The position numbers and the translations under genes are program-made. A DNA stretch of 23,134 nt. It comes from Octopus sinensis. Lineage: Eukaryota. A model generated the notes under the pieces. It was not told the origin of the DNA and ran no database searches. It worked only from the letters and a program-made list of their open reading frames with translations. The DNA lies in the NCBI RefSeq assembly GCF_006345805.1, contig NW_021836897.1, positions 1 through 23,134 on the forward strand, in the 5' to 3' direction. Positions 19,422 to 23,134 of the stretch are shown piece by piece. Positions within the stretch are counted from its first letter, which is position 1. The number at the start of each line of letters is the position of its first letter.

Positions 19422-19600
19422 GAGGCCAGCGAGCTCACAGAAGTGTTAGCTCTCCGAACGAAATACTCAGCAGCAGTTCTTCCGGTTTCACAGTTATGAG
19501 ATCAAATTCCGCCGAAGTCGATTTTTCATCCTTTCAGAGTCGGCGAAATTATGTACCAGTTGCGCACTGGGGTCAATGTAATTGACTTAATCCCATTATC
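19422..19600 (+). mobile_element. Degenerate family-B SINE, immediately after an (ATT)n tail that follows GTAGAAAGAA (3' remnant of another copy)
   Basis: GAGATCAAATTCCGCCGAAGTCGATTTTTCATCCTTTCAGAGTCG...GTACCAGTTGCGCACTGGGGTCAATGTAATTGAC aligns to the reverse complement of 15141-15347. Confidence 0.78.
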
Positions 19601-19629
19601 TCACCTCGGCACAAGAAATCCATTTCTGT

Positions 19630-20290
19630 CATTGTGTTTTAGTGGAACGGATTGTGCGCAGAGCGACGAAACCGTTCGGCATGCATTCCTGCTGGGCCCA
19701 AGCATTGCTGACCCGTGGAATTATGTCGAACAGCCGCTATGACGTGTGAAACGGATTCTCTCGACCGAACCCATCGCGAGGATTGCCCCTCTACCGACCC
19801 TTAACAAGGCAGAGCACTTGGTGTCCCTCTACAAAGTGGCTACGGAGAAAGAGGTTTCGTGTGGTGGGCGAGGCTGGAAAGACTGAGGAAAGACACCTTC
19901 TTTTTCAGTCAAGATCTCATCGCTTTTGTAAGACCCACATTGAAAGGAAAGTAAAGATGGAAGTACCACCCCAACCCCGTAAATTTGTGAAAAGATGGGA
20001 TGACTGTGGCAGAAATCGCTCGAATGAATGGCTCTACTCTTCGTGTGTGCGCCTGCAGATTGAAGAGCAAGAGAGAGGGCTCATACTCGCGATAGTCTGG
20101 GTAATCCTGGAATATGTGGGGTTCTTTGATTGACCCTAATAGGAAGACTGCATCATTCATGTTATCCCATACCTTTTTTTTTATTCATTTCACCGTCTTT
20201 TAATTTCTTTTTTACCATCTTCTATCTAAATCCCCACACAAATTGTTGTCTGTCTTTGTGATACCCCACCTCTACCACCTATCCTCCTGG
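19630..20290 (+). mobile_element. Decayed Tx1/L1-clade LINE ORF2 C-terminus and probable 3' UTR
   Basis: Across frameshifts it reads DCAQSDETVRHAFLLGPSIADPWNYVEQPL* (remnant of the C-x2-C...H-x4-C zinc motif of L1/Tx1 ORF2), IARIAPLPTLNK, KEV..WWARLERLRKDTFF, HIERKVKME, KFVKRW, MTVAEIARMNGSTL. The family assignment is from recall. Confidence 0.55.
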
Positions 20291-20306
20291 GGATAATAGA
20301 AGACAT

Positions 20307-20718
20307 TCTTCTTCTTCTTCTTCTTTTTCTTCTTTTTTTCTTCTTCTTCCTTTTCTTCTTCTTCTTCTTTTTCTTCTTTTTTTCTTCTTCTTTTTCTTCT
20401 TATTTTTCTTCTTCTTTTTCTTCTTCTTCTTCTCCTTCTTCTCTTCTTTTTTCTTCTTCTTTGGTTCTCTTCTTCTTCTTCTTCTTATTATTGATTATTA
20501 TTATTATTTTATTCTTCATTATTATTATTAATTTATTATTCATATTAGTATTATTTCATTATTATTTCATTTATTATTATTATTATTATTATCATTATTA
20601 TTATTATCATAAATATAGTATTATCATAATTATTATTCATTATTATTATTATCATAATTATTAGTATTATCATAATTATTATTATCATTATTATTATTAT
20701 CATTATTCATCATCATCA

Positions 20719-20752
<34 letters not shown>

Positions 20753-20900
20753 CATTATTATTATTATTATTATTATCATTATTATTATTATTATATTATT
20801 ATTATATTTTATATTATCATAATATTATTATCATTATTATTATTATCATCATCATCATCATCATCATCATCATTATTATTATTATTATTATTATTATTAA
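20307..20900. repeat. Compound trinucleotide tract (TTC)n-(ATT)n-(ATC)n
   Basis: Seen directly. Confidence 0.92.
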
Positions 20901-20964
20901 ATTTCACTGATTACGCTAATGACTGTCTTTTATTTTATAGACAACTATCTGTCGACTACAATAC

Positions 20965-21080
20965 ACAACAGCAACTACTACTACCACTACCACCACTACC
21001 ATAACCACCACCACTACCACTACTACTACTGCCACTACTACTATAACCACCTGCACCACTACTACTTCTACTACTAAAGT
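20965..21080. repeat. (ACT/ACC)n trinucleotide tract
   Basis: Seen directly. Confidence 0.88.
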
Positions 21081-21309
21081 ACAACAATGATAGCGCATAG
21101 AACAGTAAATAGTATCGTTGCCATAGCTACCAGCAACACATGTCCAAGAATTGCGTGCAAAGGTAGTTTTATGAAAGAAAAAGGAAAGGAGGAGAGAAAG
21201 GAGGAAGGGGAGGAAGGAGGAGGAAGGAAAGAAGAAAACAAAGAATTGTAATTGAGCATAGCAGTAAAGAATGGTATAAGGAATGCCTTTTATATATACA
21301 TGCATATAG

Positions 21310-21311
21310 AT

Positions 21312-21368
<57 letters not shown>

Positions 21369-21384
21369 AAGACATGCAGACAGG

Positions 21385-21443
<59 letters not shown>

Positions 21444-21738
21444 GTAGACACATAGATAGATATAGAAAGAAAGATGTGTGTATAATAGTATGTGTTTGTT
21501 TATACGCAAGTGTGTATATACATGTGAATGTGTGTTTTTGTATGTTTATATGGTTATATATATATATATATATATTATATTATATAATATATATATATAT
21601 TATATACACGCACATACGGACATACATATATACACACATACATATATATATGTATATATATACATATAGTATGTATATATATATATATTTATATCTATAT
21701 ATACCTATATATATACATGTATATACATATATATATAT

Positions 21739-21815
<77 letters not shown>
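21310..21815. repeat. (GA)n-(GACA)n-(GATA)n and (TA)n microsatellites
   Basis: Seen directly. Confidence 0.9.
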
Positions 21816-21816
<1 letters not shown>

Positions 21817-21991
21817 TATTATGATAAGGACGCGCTTTTACGTCTACTTGCTAGAAAATGAGAGCTAAAACTCACCAAATAACACTGCAAATAATCACAT
21901 GACTATACACACACACACACACCACATAAGAAAAAGGGAGGAAGAATTTCGATTATCCCCGCGTGTTCAGTTGTAATGCAATTATACATAT

Positions 21992-22039
<48 letters not shown>

Positions 22040-22040
22040 T

Positions 22041-22220
22041 ATAGGGTGAGTTTACGAAAAAAAACAAAAGACGAAGACAGGTGGTGTACAAAACAAACAG
22101 ATGTATTAGTATAACGCTCAAGATAGAATAAGTCTTTTACGTTTCGAGCCTACGCTCTTCTACAGAAAGGGACACAGAAAAAAAAAAAAAAGGAGAGAAA
22201 GAAGGAGAGAAAAAAGCACA
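22041..22220 (-). mobile_element. Penelope-like element (pseudo-LTR) fragment
   Basis: Contains the CTG.nGA.n-stem-GAAACGT motif characteristic of Penelope-like pLTRs and sits directly against a (TA)n tract. No RT or GIY-YIG coding sequence is present. Confidence 0.5.
22132..22173 (-). ncRNA. Minimal type I hammerhead-ribozyme-like motif (non-canonical core)
   Basis: Minus strand GUCC-CUUU-CUGUAGA-A-GAGC-GUAG-GCUC-GAAA-C-GUA-AAAG-AC: stem I CUUU/AAAG, stem II GAGC/GCUC, GAAA, palindromic ACGU stem III and GUA cleavage triplet. The core has U at A6. Confidence 0.5.
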
Positions 22221-23134
22221 CTGTTTACATAGTTTTAATATATTTTTTGAAATATTTCATGTGTGAATGAGTATTGCGTTTGTCGACCGGTTTCGCTTTC
22301 GCTAATAATGGCATTGAAATTATTGTAACTTTGTATTTTCTTAAGATTTTAGTCCATGTTGTGTACGGGAATTTGTGAATGAATCAACAAGTAGAAAAAT
22401 CTAAGGCGAGGTGATTGGTGATCGTTATTATTCGGGTCAGGGAAGGTAATTGCTCATATTTTGGGGAGCGGGGTAAATAAATATACAAAACCTCAAAATC
22501 TAAAGTAGTGAGACGAAGTATTTACAGTGATGGTTATGTGAACATAAATTAAAATATATACTGAGACCAAAGTTGGTTATGCGTTCGTGTTTAGGCGTAT
22601 TTTTCGATGCACAAATTTTATTTGTTTAAACATATTTGTACAGAAATTGTTTCTTTGCACTGGTAGATGAGGAAAACGGTGAAGTTTGGTTGGATATTAC
22701 TTGCACAACTCTCTCTATGCTCATTCAAAGGAATCTGTTTGTACTGAGGGAAACGGATCTGTCCCTTATATATATATATAAGCCCACTGGCTGTTTGCGA
22801 CACCGGTGCCTCAACAGACCCTGAAATTCTACATAACGTTGCCGGGGGATTCGGCTGTCAGCATGCTGCTGGATATCTGTCACTGAAGAACCCATGGCAG
22901 GATGAAATCACAAGATCTGGCACTTCCTGCAGGCGTATAGCAGACGATTCTCGTCTATTAACGATCTAACGCTGAGTGCTTTTATGCATCACGAGTCCTT
23001 ATGAGAGATTCTCGCAAGGCAAATAACGCAGTGTTCTATACACAACCACCGGGTTAAGTTGGAGATCGACATTACCTTTTGGTATTAATATTGCTTCTGT
23101 ACCTATCAATTACATATACACACACACACACGTA

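Noticed and set aside
22636-22824. ORF with FALVDEENGEVWL, reminiscent of a cadherin strand
   Set aside because: No other cadherin motifs (LDRE, DXNDN), no donor site, and the frame runs through a (TA)n repeat.

Overview
This is eukaryotic, AT-rich, repeat-saturated DNA, most likely intronic or intergenic sequence from a coleoid cephalopod (Octopus sp.). The organism call is an inference from SINE families I recall from octopus sequence and was not database-checked. No intact host protein-coding gene can be supported, and almost all ORFs in the track are microsatellite read-throughs. Mobile elements: a decayed mariner relic (~2058-2985); an internally deleted Tc1 (DD34E-type) element with 30-bp TIRs and a TA duplication (3795-4964), plus a second internal fragment of it (10701-11070); several tRNA-derived SINE families; a Dong/R4-like LINE 3' end and an unexplained 557-bp structured element stacked in an (AAT)n tract; a 5'-truncated RTE LINE with a 6-bp TSD; a Tx1/L1-like ORF2 C-terminal relic; and a Penelope-like fragment. 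Most notable structures: (i) two arrays of an 83-87 bp hairpin-rich minisatellite in mirror orientation (16281-17540 / 18880-19274) that look like the long arms of a foldback-type element; (ii) a 519-bp near-perfect palindrome centred on an (AT)n tract (8958-9476), which may be real or an assembly artefact; (iii) a minimal type I hammerhead-ribozyme-like motif with a non-canonical core (22132-22173, minus strand).
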